Of a stretch of 64,000 nucleotides of DNA, positions 51,813-64,000 are shown piece by piece. Position 1 is the first letter of the stretch; each line of letters starts with the position of its first letter. The notes beneath the pieces are model-generated. The model saw nothing but the letters and a program-made list of their open reading frames with translations. It made no database searches and was not told the origin of the DNA. The translations under genes were made by a program, and so were the position numbers. The stretch lies in contig OX597820.1 in assembly GCA_951406725.2 (NCBI GenBank), forward strand, positions 15,376,001 to 15,440,000, in the 5' to 3' direction. Source of the stretch: Octopus vulgaris. Taxonomy: Eukaryota.

Positions 51813-52257
51813 TGAATTAGTGTATCATGGAAAGATAATTGCAATGTAATTGACTTGACCTTTGTATTAAGATTCATGATAAGACTATTTCACTTCACGT
51901 AGCAATTACAAAATATCTCTTCGCATATGCTCTGGCATAACCAAGTAGCTAAGAAGTTGGCTTCACAATCATGAGGTGCCTGGTTCAGTCCTACAGCATG
52001 ACACCTTGTGCATGAGTCTTTTAGCAGTAAACACCCTTTTATCCAGGACTCTCAAGCAACCAGCACCCAGCAAAAAATAAAAGAGAATTATTTGTTAATT
52101 AGAGTCAAGAAATTTTTGTTAACTTGTGTTGTCATTAAAAGAAAGGTTCTACTTTACTTAAAATGGATCATTGCTTCTCAAAATACAGTATAGTATTTTA
52201 TTTCACTGGAATTTACAACACCAGTATTTTATTAGGTTAATAAAACATGTTCTTTAC

Positions 52258-52745
52258 TTCACCGTTTAACATTGATTACTCTGCCAAATGTAAAGCTTAT
52301 TTACTCACACTGCTTTAAATTAAATATGTATAAATCTCATAGCTTCAAGATTTCAATGTGATTATTTTTAGGCATGAGGCTGGCTCAAACATGCAGGGGT
52401 AGAATATTTGGGCTGGATATGACCAGTCTAAATGTTAAAGGGTTAAATTATATTCTAGTCCTAGCCTGACCAATGCCTTCTGAGTGAATTCAATAGATGG
52501 AAACTGTGTGTAAGCCTACTATGTGCATTTTTGTGTTTAACCTCTACCACCACTTGATGGCCAGTGTTGGTTTGTTTACGTCTCTGTAACTTAGGGGTCA
52601 GGCAAAAGAGACTGATAGAATAACTATCAAACTTGAAATAAGAACTGGGAATGATTTGTTCGACTAAAACCATTCAAGAAGGTGCCCTAGCATTGGCCAC
52701 AATCCAATGACAGAAGCAAGGAAAAGATAAAAAATAAAAGATAAG
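52258..52745. mobile_element. Deleted MITE D (to 52446) and 3' part of a family B1 SINE
   Basis: AATGTTAAAGGG-TTAA end, then GATGGAAACTG...GGTGCCCTAGCATTGGCCAC. Confidence 0.65.
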
Positions 52746-54477
52746 TCTAGATATTTGGTTATCTTTTAAAACCTTTTTTTTTTTCTTTCAATAAATTTAC
52801 TGCCGCTAAAACCTTTACAACATAACTTTATTTATTGATCAGGTACATTGCTTTTTTTTTTATTGAAAAGAATGGTTTAATTGATTGAACTACCTATTAT
52901 TTAATATTACTTGTCTCGTATTATACCAAAATTTAAATTAAAAAGATAAGAGAAAAATTTTGAGTTTTCTGTAACTTAAAAAAATAATAAAATTTAAAAA
53001 AAACCCCCAAATTTTCACATGAAAGGCCTCTGCAGAATGTCACTGCCAATATCAATACATGTACCAAGATATTCCAGCTGCTGAGTTATTCGGTATTGTT
53101 AAAATACAATATACACTAAGAACAGTTCAAATCAATATGCAGATAAAGTTAAAAGGTTGGGAACGAAAAGCTAGATTGGTAGACCATTCAACATCAAAGT
53201 AGTCAATAACTAACACAAATATGATGGTGGGTGGTAGAATTGGTAGAGCACCAGACAAAAAAAAAAAAAAAAAAAAATCAACATGGTATTTAGTATGTCC
53301 CTTTATGTTTGTGTTCAAGTCCCTCTGGGGTCAGCTGTCTTTATCTCTATGGACTATGATCGAAAAGAACAGTATCAGTACTGAGTATTGTTTTACTTGC
53401 TTATTTGTGGCTATGTGTTAATGTAATACAGAAATGCTAACATTTAGTATTTTAAGTTAGAAAATGTTCTTTCTAAGATAAATTAAATACAAATCAAAAA
53501 CAAGCAGATATAAACATATTCATTCAAACTTTTCTCCAAAACTTTCAAGAAATAAAAATATAATCACTCAAAAAAAAGAGAAATTATAAATTGTAAATCA
53601 TTTTTAACAAATTAAGTAATAGCATTTATCTTCCCTCCATCTCTTCATACTATCACAAATTAAATATACAGATTGCTTTCCTTGCAACAATAAACAGAGT
53701 AAATAACATTCCTGTTTCCAATACTTCATAGACAAAAAACATACATAAGTTCATATACATAACTCGTAAAATACAAACAAAATGTTACCAGTAACCAGGT
53801 AAAGATGTTAGTGGAATAAGAATAAAGCAGAATACAGTAAATTTATAAAGTTCAATTTATAGAGATTTATAATAAACAATTTGTTTTTAAAAGAAGCATT
53901 AACATCTTCTCTGGCATTTTAAGCAAATGAATAAATTTATAGACATACAATGGAAACTAACCTACTCTACTTGTCAAAAAGATGCATAACTCACAATGAA
54001 TGTTAGCTTCACTACCTATATATAAAAAAAGGCACAAAGAAGAAATCTTTTAACCTGCATTAATGCTACAGGACTAGCAAGTTTCTCATTTGCTTGGAGT
54101 ATATGATTCAGAAGAATAGTCTCAACTAGACTGACTTGTCCTAGACATAGTAAATCACAAGAAATTGTTTGAGTAATGTCCCAACAAGCCAACAATTTAT
54201 AGGATCTAAAGTGAAAATTAGTGCCAGTACAGAAAGTAAATAACAAGGATTTGATAAATATATAAATTACCTTATTTGAATTCTATTGTGCTGTATTATT
54301 AAAGAGATAATACCTTATAGTCTAGAGATCTTAGGAGTAAGATGCTGAATATTGCATCAAATTTTAACAGCAATATGCTTGAAACTATCTCTATTAAAGT
54401 GTTCATATTTTAAAATTCAAATCTTGGACTGAAATCTTGTTACTATGTGAAAGATAATATTACATTTCTATACATAA

Positions 54478-54672
54478 ACATATGGCTTTTATTAAGCTAA
54501 AAGTTATTTATTTCACTAAAGCTTTAATAATTCTTGCTTGTTTTATGTGTGGGTTATGGTATGTAACTCACACTTGGGTTACATATGGCTTTTATTAAGC
54601 TAAAAGTTATTTATTTCACTAAAGCTTTAATAATTCTTGCTTGTTTTATGTGTGGGTTATGGTATGTAACTC
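54478..54672. repeat. Perfect 92-bp direct duplication with 11-nt spacer
   Basis: 54478-54569 is identical to 54581-54672. Confidence 0.95.
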
Positions 54673-55480
54673 TACAACTCTTTCCTGCAATCAGACCTAG
54701 ACACAATGCAGCAATGGATCACAGACTGGCAACTGAAACTGGCTGTGGACAAGTGTACCACCATGCATTTTGGGAGAAAAAACCCTGCGTTCACATACTC
54801 CCTCCACAACACTGATATCAAGAAATCCTCTTGCGAGCGTGACCTAGGCATCACTGTCAGCAGTGATTTGCGTTGGTCAAAGCATATCTCTAAGATTGTC
54901 AGGAAGGCCGAGGGTGTCTTGGCATCACTCAGCAGGTCTTTTGTTAGCCGCTCTCCAGCCATCTATTTAAAACTGTATACAGCTATGGTACGACCACACT
55001 TGGAATTCGCATCATCAGTTTGGAACCCCTATCTTGCACAGAACATTGATCTCCTGGAATCTGTCCAGAGACGTGCAACCAAACGCATACCCTCCATCAG
55101 ACACCTACCATATTCTGAGCGCCTTGTTTCCCTGGGCATGGATTCACTGAAGCTCCGGCGTTTGGCGACGGACTTGGTAAACACCCACAAAGTTATCAAC
55201 CACCTCACCAACAACAACACTGAACACCTTTTTGATCTCCATGTGTCTAACACACGTGGACATGCCTACAAAGTCAGAAAACAATACAGCTCCCATGACT
55301 TTCGGAAACATTTTTTCACGCTCAGAGTTGCTGAAGCATGGAATAAACTGCCTGCGTCAGTTGTTGACTGCCATGACACTGCATCTTTTAAGGCCCTCAT
55401 GCTTTCCGAAATCCGCCGAAACTACACCTGATTATATATACACTTTAGATGAGTTGTAGTGCACCTGAGCACTGTACACA

Positions 55481-55530
<50 letters not shown>
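54673..55530 (+). mobile_element. 5'-truncated CR1-clade LINE, uninterrupted RT C-terminal ORF, (ATT)n tail
   Basis: LQSDLD..W...WQL....KC..MHFG, ERDLGI, LY..MVRPHLEF...VWNPY, LESVQRRATK, TRGH..K, FFT.RV..AWNKLP; stop at 55431. Confidence 0.95.
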
Positions 55531-56552
55531 GTAAACTCAGAAGAATTCTTGGCTCTTGAGCTTATCTCCCCTTCTCAAGTGGAAGTGGTGTTAATTGCCA
55601 TTTGGTGTTTATGAGACATTCTCTAGAAATGGAAATAATTTTAATAAATCAAGAAGAATTTATGTTGCATGGTACTTCATGTGCCTGTACTTGTCTATAT
55701 TATTGAGGCATTGCTTTACAAATATATGCCCTTTCTGTCCTAACCCATTTTTTTTCAAAAAAGGGGTCTTCCATACATCTTCAAAGGTGCAAAGCAGTGG
55801 ATAATTTATTAACAGGGGAAATGGTGACAAAGTCACTGCTTGTAGCTCAGTGTTTTGCAGAGAAGTACAAATGTAAATACACAAATATGACTTCTTTCAA
55901 TTTCTGAAGCTATAGTAGAAAACACTTACCCAGGTGCCACTCACTTGGATTGAACCCAAAACCATGTAGTTTCAAAATGAACTTCTTAACTGCACAGCCA
56001 TGCCTATGCTTGAAAATTAAAACCCCATAGAATGTATTCTTGTTGGAAGTACGATTCCAATAAACTTCAGGACAATACATCTGAAAAATTTACTTCATTG
56101 AATCTCTATACAAAACTAACCAAAATTAAGCATGTGACAGCAGATTTAATCTAATTATCTAGGTTTGAATACTTGAAGATTAATAAGCAAAATAGAAGTA
56201 GGGATTGTATTTGCATATTTTCTGAAATAGTTGTATATTCTGAAACATTCTCACCAAGCAAACTTTTCATCAACAGAATGCTGACAGAACTGTGAAAACA
56301 ATTACTAGAATGTTGAAGACAAGCATTTTCTATCATTTAAACTAATTAGTTTTACTTATCAAGCCTTATTCATATTGTCTTTATGTTTATATTATGAGTA
56401 TACATTATTTTGATGATATAGTTACCATTCTTCCAAATGAATGTTATTTATGCTGAATGTGTGTGAGAGTGTGCGCACATGCACGTACACACACAGAGGA
56501 AGTGATATTATTTCTAACTTTCACTATCTGCTTTACTCTTTATCCTGTTTCT

Positions 56553-56766
56553 TTAACCCTTTTGATGCTAAGCTGCCTGAGACTGCTCTTGGTTCTTTGA
56601 TAGAAATTTTCTGTATTAAAGTGAAAACCTTCCATCAAAAATTTCATGTTAGAATATGTTCCAAATACCAACTTAACAATGACCAAAGTTCCTTTACTAA
56701 ATTCTTCAGCATTTTCAAAATTAATAGAAACAAACACAAAATTATGCTAACAAAAAGGTCAGTTAA
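56553..56766. mobile_element. MITE family E, degenerate
   Basis: TTAA-CCCTTTTGAT start, TTAA end. Confidence 0.65.
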
Positions 56767-56814
56767 ACTATTTGTAGTTTTTCTAAGGTATTTTTACTAA
56801 ACAAACTATTCAAC

Positions 56815-57088
56815 TTGTTTTTGGATTTGGTTTGCAAGATTCTTTATATGAGTTCATGTGTTGAAGCATATTCTGTTGTGTCTGGGGAGAGTTATTTTCT
56901 TTTTGTGCCTTATAATGTAACACACTCACCGGTAAAATTTCCACTTTTTTCTTATTTTTATTTTCCTATTGAAAAGGTTGCAAGACGCAATGAAAATTTT
57001 AGGAAAATAAAAATAAGAAAAAAGTGGAAATTTTACCGGTGATTGCGTTACATTATAAGGCACAAAAAGAAAATGACTCTCCCCAGAC
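56815..57088. mobile_element. Second foldback Penelope-like element
   Basis: Perfect 15-bp TSD AACAAACTATTCAAC (56800-56814, 57089-57103); inverted arms about 56878-56968 and 57000-57088. Confidence 0.8.
56961..57007 (+). ncRNA. Candidate minimal hammerhead ribozyme, U3-A8 variant
   Basis: TTTTCCTA-TTGAAAA-G-GTTGC-AAGAC-GCAAT-GAAA-AT-TT^TAGGAAAA; palindromic AATT stem III. Confidence 0.5.
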
Positions 57089-57994
57089 AACAAACTATTC
57101 AACAATCAACCTAAAATTCTACTCAAAGATGTTAAAAGTACTCTGAATCTACATATAAGCATGTGTCCATTATATATGTGCACACAATATACATACATGG
57201 TTCATATACGTATGTGCAAACATGCATCTGTGTGAGTGAGTGAGAGAGAGAGAGAGTGTGTGTGTGTGTGAATGTGTGTGTGTGTGTGTATGTGTGTGTG
57301 TTTACACACACATGAACACTGTCAATATCACAGCTCGTCTTAATCAATAAACAAGTAGAGCGACTGGTGTTTATTGACAAATATATAATTGGTGTGACTG
57401 ATAGATTAATAACTAACAAACAACTGTTATGACTAAGTATTTATTAGTCAGGGTATCACGCGGAGATAGAAATTTCAAAGCCAAAACAGCCGTAGTAAAG
57501 AAAACTATTGGCAAGTATTCATAAATTATTTGATAAACAACATTTTCTTCCTGAATGAATTTTGTGCATATTGCTTCAAAGGTTGGCTACTTAATGGAAT
57601 CTGGTGTACATGAGTAACACAAGAAATAGGTATGAGGTGAGACGTGGACAATTTTACAGCTGTGCATCTAATAAACGGTATCTCATAGCAATTCTCAGTA
57701 TTCTATTAAAAGTAGACATAATTTATATTGTATGTGCTTTTAGGAGAATCTTTAATCAGTACTATCTGACGAAGCAGAAAGTTTTAGATTATATATTCAT
57801 CAGAAGTTCCTTTGGGGATGTTGTTGGTTTGTCAGTATCAGCTACCCCCATCACTTTATTCTGTTAGGGGCCCTATGAAATAGTTTTCCCTGTAAGCAAG
57901 AAATGTAATTTGGTCACTTTTCCCCTTCATGTGTCTTAGTTGACTAAATCATTTAAAAATATTAACTCTTTGCTTGTCCAAAGTATTTTCGTAA

Positions 57995-58207
57995 AAAGCA
58001 CCATCTGAATGTGGCCGATGCCAGTGCCGGTGGCATGTAAAAAGGACCCACTGCACTCTCGGAGTTGTTAGCGTTAGGAAGGGCATCCAGCCGTAGAAAC
58101 CTTGCCAGATCAGATTGGAGCCTGGTGCGGCCTCCTGGCTTGCCAGACCCGTCAAGCCGTCCAACCCATGCCAGCATGAAAAACGGACGCTAAACAATGA
58201 TGATGAT
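57995..58207 (+). mobile_element. RTE 3' end (family C)
   Basis: Close to family consensus. Confidence 0.85.
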
Positions 58208-59224
58208 TATCTTAAACATCCATGCTTGTTTTCAGACTTTTAGTTAACCCATGTTTCATACATTCTAAGTAATATAAAACTTTCCTTTCATAAGGCTCAA
58301 GATACCCTGGTAGTTGAAAAAATTGGGAATATTTATCATATATGATGCATGGACACCAGGGAAATATGCCTCGTGTATCATATGTATATACAAGACAGGC
58401 AAAAGGTTAGAGAAAATCTAATGATTTCCTGACAAATCTCAAATATATCTCTTACAAATGTATATTGTTTAATTTAAGAAAATTAATATTACCATTTCCA
58501 AAGAATATTTAGAAAAAATTAACAGTTTTAAATGTTGACTACAATAATTTGGTTTAGACTATAAGTTAATTGAAAATGAAACCATTTCATTTTTTTCATC
58601 TCAAAAAATACATTTATTTTCAGATCCCTCCATTTCACTGTTCCAGCAATCAATCAACAAATATGAGTGAAACAGCTGATCTGAGAAGGAATCAGTAAGG
58701 AGCAGACAACCAAACAATTCCACTTATCCAGATCCATTTTGCAGCTTTTACTTCAACAACAGAAAGTTTAGGTGAGAGAGTCATTAGATTTTTATATAAT
58801 TTCCATTGCCAAAATATTTCATTTGATATTACTGAACAAAATGTAAAACAATTTCATTCTTTCTTGGGCATAAATAGATTCAGATGATTGATTTGATAAA
58901 GACAGTATTGATACTCCTTTTGTAAATTTCGAAGATTACATACTTAACTGAATGCCTGAGGTGCAGAACTTGAATATGTAAAACATAGTCATGCTTTCAA
59001 TTGTGATAACAATGATACAAGATTGAAAACAACTAAAGATAATTAACTAGGATAAAGCTAGTAATTTTAACTGCGTAGTAAGATTTTATATATTATATAT
59101 ATATACCTGTGTGTATGTACATGTATATGCGTGTGTGTATGTGTTAATATATATATATTCACATATATACACAAGTACAGAGAGAGGAGAAACAGAGATG
59201 TAAATATGTGCGTGTGAGTATGTT

Positions 59225-59430
59225 TGTTTTTCCTTGCCTTGACATCACATGATGACTGCAAATGATTGTTGTTCATGCCTGGTCATAGAGAAATATTCCT
59301 TTGCTTGGAAACAGATACAGGTTGGCAACAGGAAGGGTATCTCATCATAAAAAAAATATATTCCAATAAACTCCATCCAACACATGCACACATGAAAAAG
59401 TATGTGTTAATATGAAGAAGATGATGATTA
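59225..59430 (+). mobile_element. B2-type SINE tail
   Basis: TGCTTGGAAACAG...GTTGGCAACAGGAAGGG...(TGA)n. Confidence 0.6.
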
Positions 59431-59477
59431 TATATATATATATTAATCGAAGTGTACAATACTATATATCTATTACA

Positions 59478-59568
59478 ACCAATCTTACCAATTGGTTTCG
59501 CACTAGGGGGTTCAATGGAGTGTTAGGTAACAATCCAATTACGTAACCCTGTGCTCATCAGAGTTAGT
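59478..59568 (-). ncRNA. Type I hammerhead ribozyme
   Basis: ACTAACT-CTGATGA-GCAC...GTGC-GAAA-CCAATTGG-TA^AGATTGGT: complete core, stem II, palindromic stem III, stem I with one bulge. Confidence 0.85.
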
Positions 59569-60299
59569 AAAGTCTTTACGCACACACACACAAAGATGAA
59601 ATGTGTCAAGGCAAACAGGAAACGGTGTTACCTAGGGCTAAATAGCAGTAACATTCTTCCCTTTCATGGGACTGTCACATTGAGTTGACAACATACCACT
59701 GCTTTTACTAATATTGTTTTTGAAAAAAAAGTAGATTTAAGTATCTACTATTGGATAAAAACAATGAAGCTGAGTAATTGTGGTAACAGTCACAGATAAC
59801 TAAGCAAATTAAGTTGAGTCAGAAGCTAGACTTGACAAGAAAGGGACACATGAAATATATAAAAAATGTTTCCTTAAAATGGAAACATTCCGTCACATAA
59901 ACTAAAATTTTTTGGTTTTTATAATTAGTGAAAGATAAGTGCGTTAGACAAAGAATTTAGACTTACATTTATACTAACAAAAAAATTCCTTAACATTGTT
60001 AATTGGAAACTCAAGTCAAACAGAAATATCACAATTACACAGTTACACTGAAAAAAAAGGTCAAAGAGAATAAGGAAAAAAATAAAATGGCCAACATTAT
60101 TCAAGTGTCTAAATAGATGAAACAAAAACATAAAGTCACATGTCTATAACTATATACAGATATAAAAAATATTAGGAAAAAACACCCAACAATTCAGATT
60201 TCTCTTTCATTATTAACCACCTACTTCTAAAAGTTAGGGGAAACAGGATTAAAATTCTCTAATATTATTCTCAGTAAAATTGGAATTTGTATATTAATT

Positions 60300-60600
60300 T
60301 CTTCAGCAAGAAGACCTGTTCCTGTCCTTCTATCATACTTTCACATCCCTTAATAGCATACCCTGCTAAGATGAAGGATCTTGTCTTCTGAGTACTTAGT
60401 GAGCTCACAAGTGCTGGTGCCAAGAGAAAAAGCACCCAATACACTCCATTAAGAGGTTGGTATGAGGAAGGGCATCCAACTGTGGAAACCATGCAAAAGG
60501 CGACACTGGAGCTCAATGCAGCTCCCTGGCCTTTTGGTTCCTATAGAACCATCCAACCTATGCCAGCATATGGAAAAAAGAGGCATAAAATGATGATGCT
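60300..60600 (+). mobile_element. RTE-type 3' end (family C), degenerate
   Basis: GGAAGGGCATCCAAC...CCATCCAACCTATGCCAGC. Confidence 0.7.
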
Positions 60601-60721
60601 AACAGTAATAATGATGATGAAGTCCATATTTTCTAGATTCAGTCATTTCAATCTCTAACAGTATATTTCCATTCCTTAATTTTAGTGATTACAGCAATGG
60701 TAGAAAAGATAATATATTCCC

Positions 60722-60951
60722 TTAATCCTTTAGCGTTCAGATTTCTCTGTCAAATGTAATGCTTATTTATATCTATATTGTTTTGAATTAATCATGCATT
60801 ATCTTGTAGCATTGAGATTTTGATGATGCAACTGTTTATATTTTGAATGACATTGTAGGGTAAGTGTGAAAGGCTGGGAGGTGGCTACTTTGAACATGAA
60901 ACAGGTTGAATATTTGACTGGATATGGCCAGTTTAGATGCTAAAGGGTTCA
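60722..60951. mobile_element. piggyBac-like MITE family D
   Basis: TTAA-TCCTTTAGC...GCTAAAGGG-TTCA. Confidence 0.8.
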
Positions 60952-61639
60952 TTTATTTTTCAACAAAAAAGCATTGAACATGTGAAACAAAATGCTTTAT
61001 CCTTTCACTGGTTTTAGTCAATGGACTGTGGTCATATTAGAGCATCAGCTTATCAACAGTTCCTTTGCTCATATCAATGCTAGATTGGTATTTACATTTA
61101 GTCATCTCTATCTACTGAACAGCTAAGTCACAAAACAAAGAAACACCACAAAAACAGCACTTGCTTTTACACTGGTGTAAATGTAAACACACACATTAGG
61201 CTAACACACAGTGTCTGGCCACTAAATTCAATTAAATTCAGTTAACAAGATAAAGGTCAGCACAAGATTATAGTAGATAACACTAGACAAAGGTGAGACA
61301 CAGAATAAGACCAAACCTAAACCATGTGATTGCAAAGCAAACTTCTTAACCACGTACTTAACTGCACCTGTATTTGCAAATAGTATCAAGCACAATGATT
61401 AAAAAGATTATACCTGATATAATTCATTTACAGTCACCTAAAACCTAATAATATTGTATTATAAATAAAAGTATAATAAACAGTTTTATTAGACCTTCCT
61501 TTTATGACCTAACAAACAGCTTTTCTTTAAAAAAAATTCACGAGGTTACGATGACATCACTGCGGCTATGAACCTCTAAAACACCTAACCTTTCTGCTTT
61601 TATTTTCTTTTCTTTGTTACGCAGTTTTTCTTTATTACT

Positions 61640-62000
61640 AGCTTGCTTTGCACCATGTGGTTTTGGGTTCAGTCCCACTTTGTGGCACCTTGGGCAAGTG
61701 TCTTCTACAATAGCCATGGGTCAACAAATGCATTGTAAGTGAATTTGGCAGATGGAAATTGCATAGAAGCCCAATGTGCATATAAGTACATGTATATATC
61801 TGTGCAAGGGTGGGTGTGGTCACAGCTTGACAACCAGTGTTGGTTTGTTTATGTCACCATTACAGTGCAGTTCAGCAAAAGAGAGCAATAGAATAAGTGC
61901 TAGACTTAAAACAAAATAAACACTAGGTTTGACTAAAACCCTTCAAGGCGGTGCCCCAGCATGGCCGCAGTCCAATGACCAAAACAAGTAAAAGAAAGAT
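61640..62000 (+). mobile_element. SINE family B (B1 tail)
   Basis: GGGTTCAGTCCC, GGCACCTTGGGCAAGTGTCTTCTAC, CCCAGCATGGCCGCAGTCCAATGA. Confidence 0.85.
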
Positions 62001-62065
62001 AATTAGCAATAGATCAGACCAATGTTCTGAACTGGCTACAATAAAATTTCCAAATTACATGCTTT

Positions 62066-62284
62066 TTTTTTTTGCCCACAAGGGGCTAAACAGAGGGGAC
62101 AAACAAAGGGATTAAGTTGATTACATCAACCCCAGTGCATGACTGATACTTAATTTATTGGGCCCAAAGGGATGAAAAGCAAAATCGACCTCGGCGGAAT
62201 TTGAACTCAGAACGTAGCAGCAGACGAAATACTGCTAAGCAAATTCGCCCGGCACGCTAACGTTTCTGCCAGCTCGCCACCTTT
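62066..62284 (-). mobile_element. SINE family A
   Basis: 12-bp TSD ATTA(C/T)ATGCTTT. Confidence 0.88.
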
Positions 62285-62736
62285 ATTATATGCTTTACAA
62301 ACATATATTAATCACATACAATCCTTCTTTTTTGCAATTACTTTGCTATCTCTTGGTTACCCCTCTTTTGACGGATACAAACATTAAGAACACAACTGTA
62401 ATTCAAGAACTTTACTCATTAAGAGCCTCATACATAATCACTTAACACTGTGAAAAAATAAAATTTAAAAAACAAACTCAATTGTTTCTAATTTTGGTAC
62501 AGCGTCAGTTACTTTAAGGAGACTGGGAGGGAGTAGTGGATTACATCAACTTCAGTATTTGACTGGTATTTTATTGTATTGATGAAAGACAAAGTTGACC
62601 TTGGCGGGATTTGAACTCAAAATATCAGAATATAGAGAGTTGGAGCAAATGCCACTAAGGATTTTTTTCCTTTTTTTGCAACCCTAACAATTCTGTCAAT
62701 CTACTAAAGAATAAAATTAGATATTGATAAACAAAC

Positions 62737-62905
62737 ACCCACTACACTCACAGAGTGGTTGGCGTTAGGAAGGGCATCCAGCTGTAGAAACACTGCCAAA
62801 TCAGACTGGGGCCTGGTGCAGCCTCCATGGCTTACCAGACCCCAGTCGAACCGTCTAATCCATGCTAGCATGGAAAACGGACGTTAAATGATGATGATGA
62901 TGATG
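62737..62905 (+). mobile_element. RTE 3' end (family C)
   Basis: Close to family consensus, (TGA)n tail. Confidence 0.85.
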
Positions 62906-62992
62906 CGATAGCATCATGAAAGAGACAAAGTGTAGATATACTTCCCTGTGTCAAACTATATAATATAGGGACAAACCAATAAGGGATTCACT

Positions 62993-63225
62993 TAGCATGT
63001 AGCCTAGTGGTTAGGGTGTTGCGCTCACAATCATAAGGCCGGGGTTTTAATTCCTGGACCAGGTAGTGCATTGTGTTCTTGAGCAAAACACTTCATTTCA
63101 TATCGTTCCACTCAACTCAGCTAAAAATGAGTAATCCTGTGACAGACTAGCATTCTTTGTTGGGGTAGCTTATAAACCATGGAAACGGGTAACCAGTTCC
63201 ACAAGTTCTAGGACTCAAGCTAACA
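62993..63225 (+). mobile_element. V-domain-like tRNA SINE
   Basis: TAGCCTAGTGGTTAGG head, TGTGTTCTTGAGCAAAACACTT, CCTGTGACAGACTAGCAT. Confidence 0.75.
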
Positions 63226-63367
63226 ATGTCCAGGGGTCAGTGACAGTGATGATATACAGTTGTTCAAATCTCTATTAAATCATAAATCACACCATTCCAT
63301 CCAATCTGAGCAAAAAACAAAAAAAAATTCAAATTGAGATGGATATGTGAGATAATGTAGTTCTCAG

Positions 63368-63650
63368 CATCATCATCGTCATTAAACGTCCGCTTTCCAT
63401 GCTAGCATAGGTTGGACGATTTGACTGAGGACTGGCGAACCAGATGGCTGCACCAGGCTCCAGTCTGATCTGGCAGAGTTTCTACAGCTGGATGCCCTTC
63501 CTAACGCCAACCACTCTGAGAGTGTAGCGGGTGCTTTTATGTGCCACCGGTACAAGGGCCAGTCTGGCGGTACTGACAACAGCCACGCTCGAAATGGTGT
63601 TTTTTTACTTGCCACCTGAACAGGAGTCAGTCCAGCAGCACTGGCAACGA
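63368..63650 (-). mobile_element. RTE 3' end (family C)
   Basis: Very similar to 43191-43430 and 35544-35827. Confidence 0.88.
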
Positions 63651-63831
63651 CAAAAAAAAAAAAAGACAGAATGGTCACACTTGGAATGACTTTGATCATA
63701 TGTCTATTCAGTCAAGCATTAATATGGAATTGAATAACACAGAGGCATAACAGGGATTCATTTCATTTACTTTGCAGCATCAAGTCTAACTCCTCAATAG
63801 GAACTTGCTCTGCCTCAACTCCTCTTATACT

Positions 63832-64000
63832 TTAATCCTTTACCATTTAAACCAGCCATATCTAAACAAAATATTCAACTTGTTTTATGTTCAAATTGTT
63901 CAGGTCAGGCCTCTCACACCAGACCTACAATATCATTCAAAAACTTAATAATTCTCTCATCAAAATCTCAAAGCTCCAAGATAATGCATGATTAATTCAA
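63832..64000. mobile_element. MITE family D running off the window end
   Basis: TTAA-TCCTTTACCATTTAAAACCAGCCATATC. Confidence 0.75.

Noticed and set aside
57780-57815. Minus-strand CTGATGA as a hammerhead core
   Set aside because: No stem II or GAAA follows.
58624-58771. Plus-strand exon with TTTTCAG and AG|GTGAGA sites
   Set aside because: Stops occur in all three frames; a non-coding exon cannot be supported without RNA data.

Overview
AT-rich eukaryotic genomic DNA, intronic or intergenic in character. The repeat families suggest a cephalopod such as Octopus (inference, not verified). No intact cellular gene, rRNA, true tRNA or CRISPR array can be supported, and most tracked ORFs are microsatellite or repeat artefacts. 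The window is a dense, nested mobile-element landscape: two deleted DD37D Tc1/mariner elements; 3' fragments of RTE, CR1, Dong/R4-like, Tx1/L1-like and older CR1/L2-group LINEs; three tRNA-derived SINE groups, many with target-site duplications (TSDs); two TTAA-flanked piggyBac-like MITE families; a hAT-like MITE; and a small Helitron. The most interesting signals are RNA-structural, lying in Penelope-like or palindromic inserts: a canonical type I hammerhead ribozyme (59478-59568, minus), a U3-A8 variant hammerhead core in a TSD-flanked foldback element present twice (41081-41387, 56815-57088), and a hammerhead-like motif whose three strands occur in a non-circularly permuted order (47048-47124, minus). 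A few low-confidence exon candidates are noted. Boundaries of degenerate repeats are approximate.
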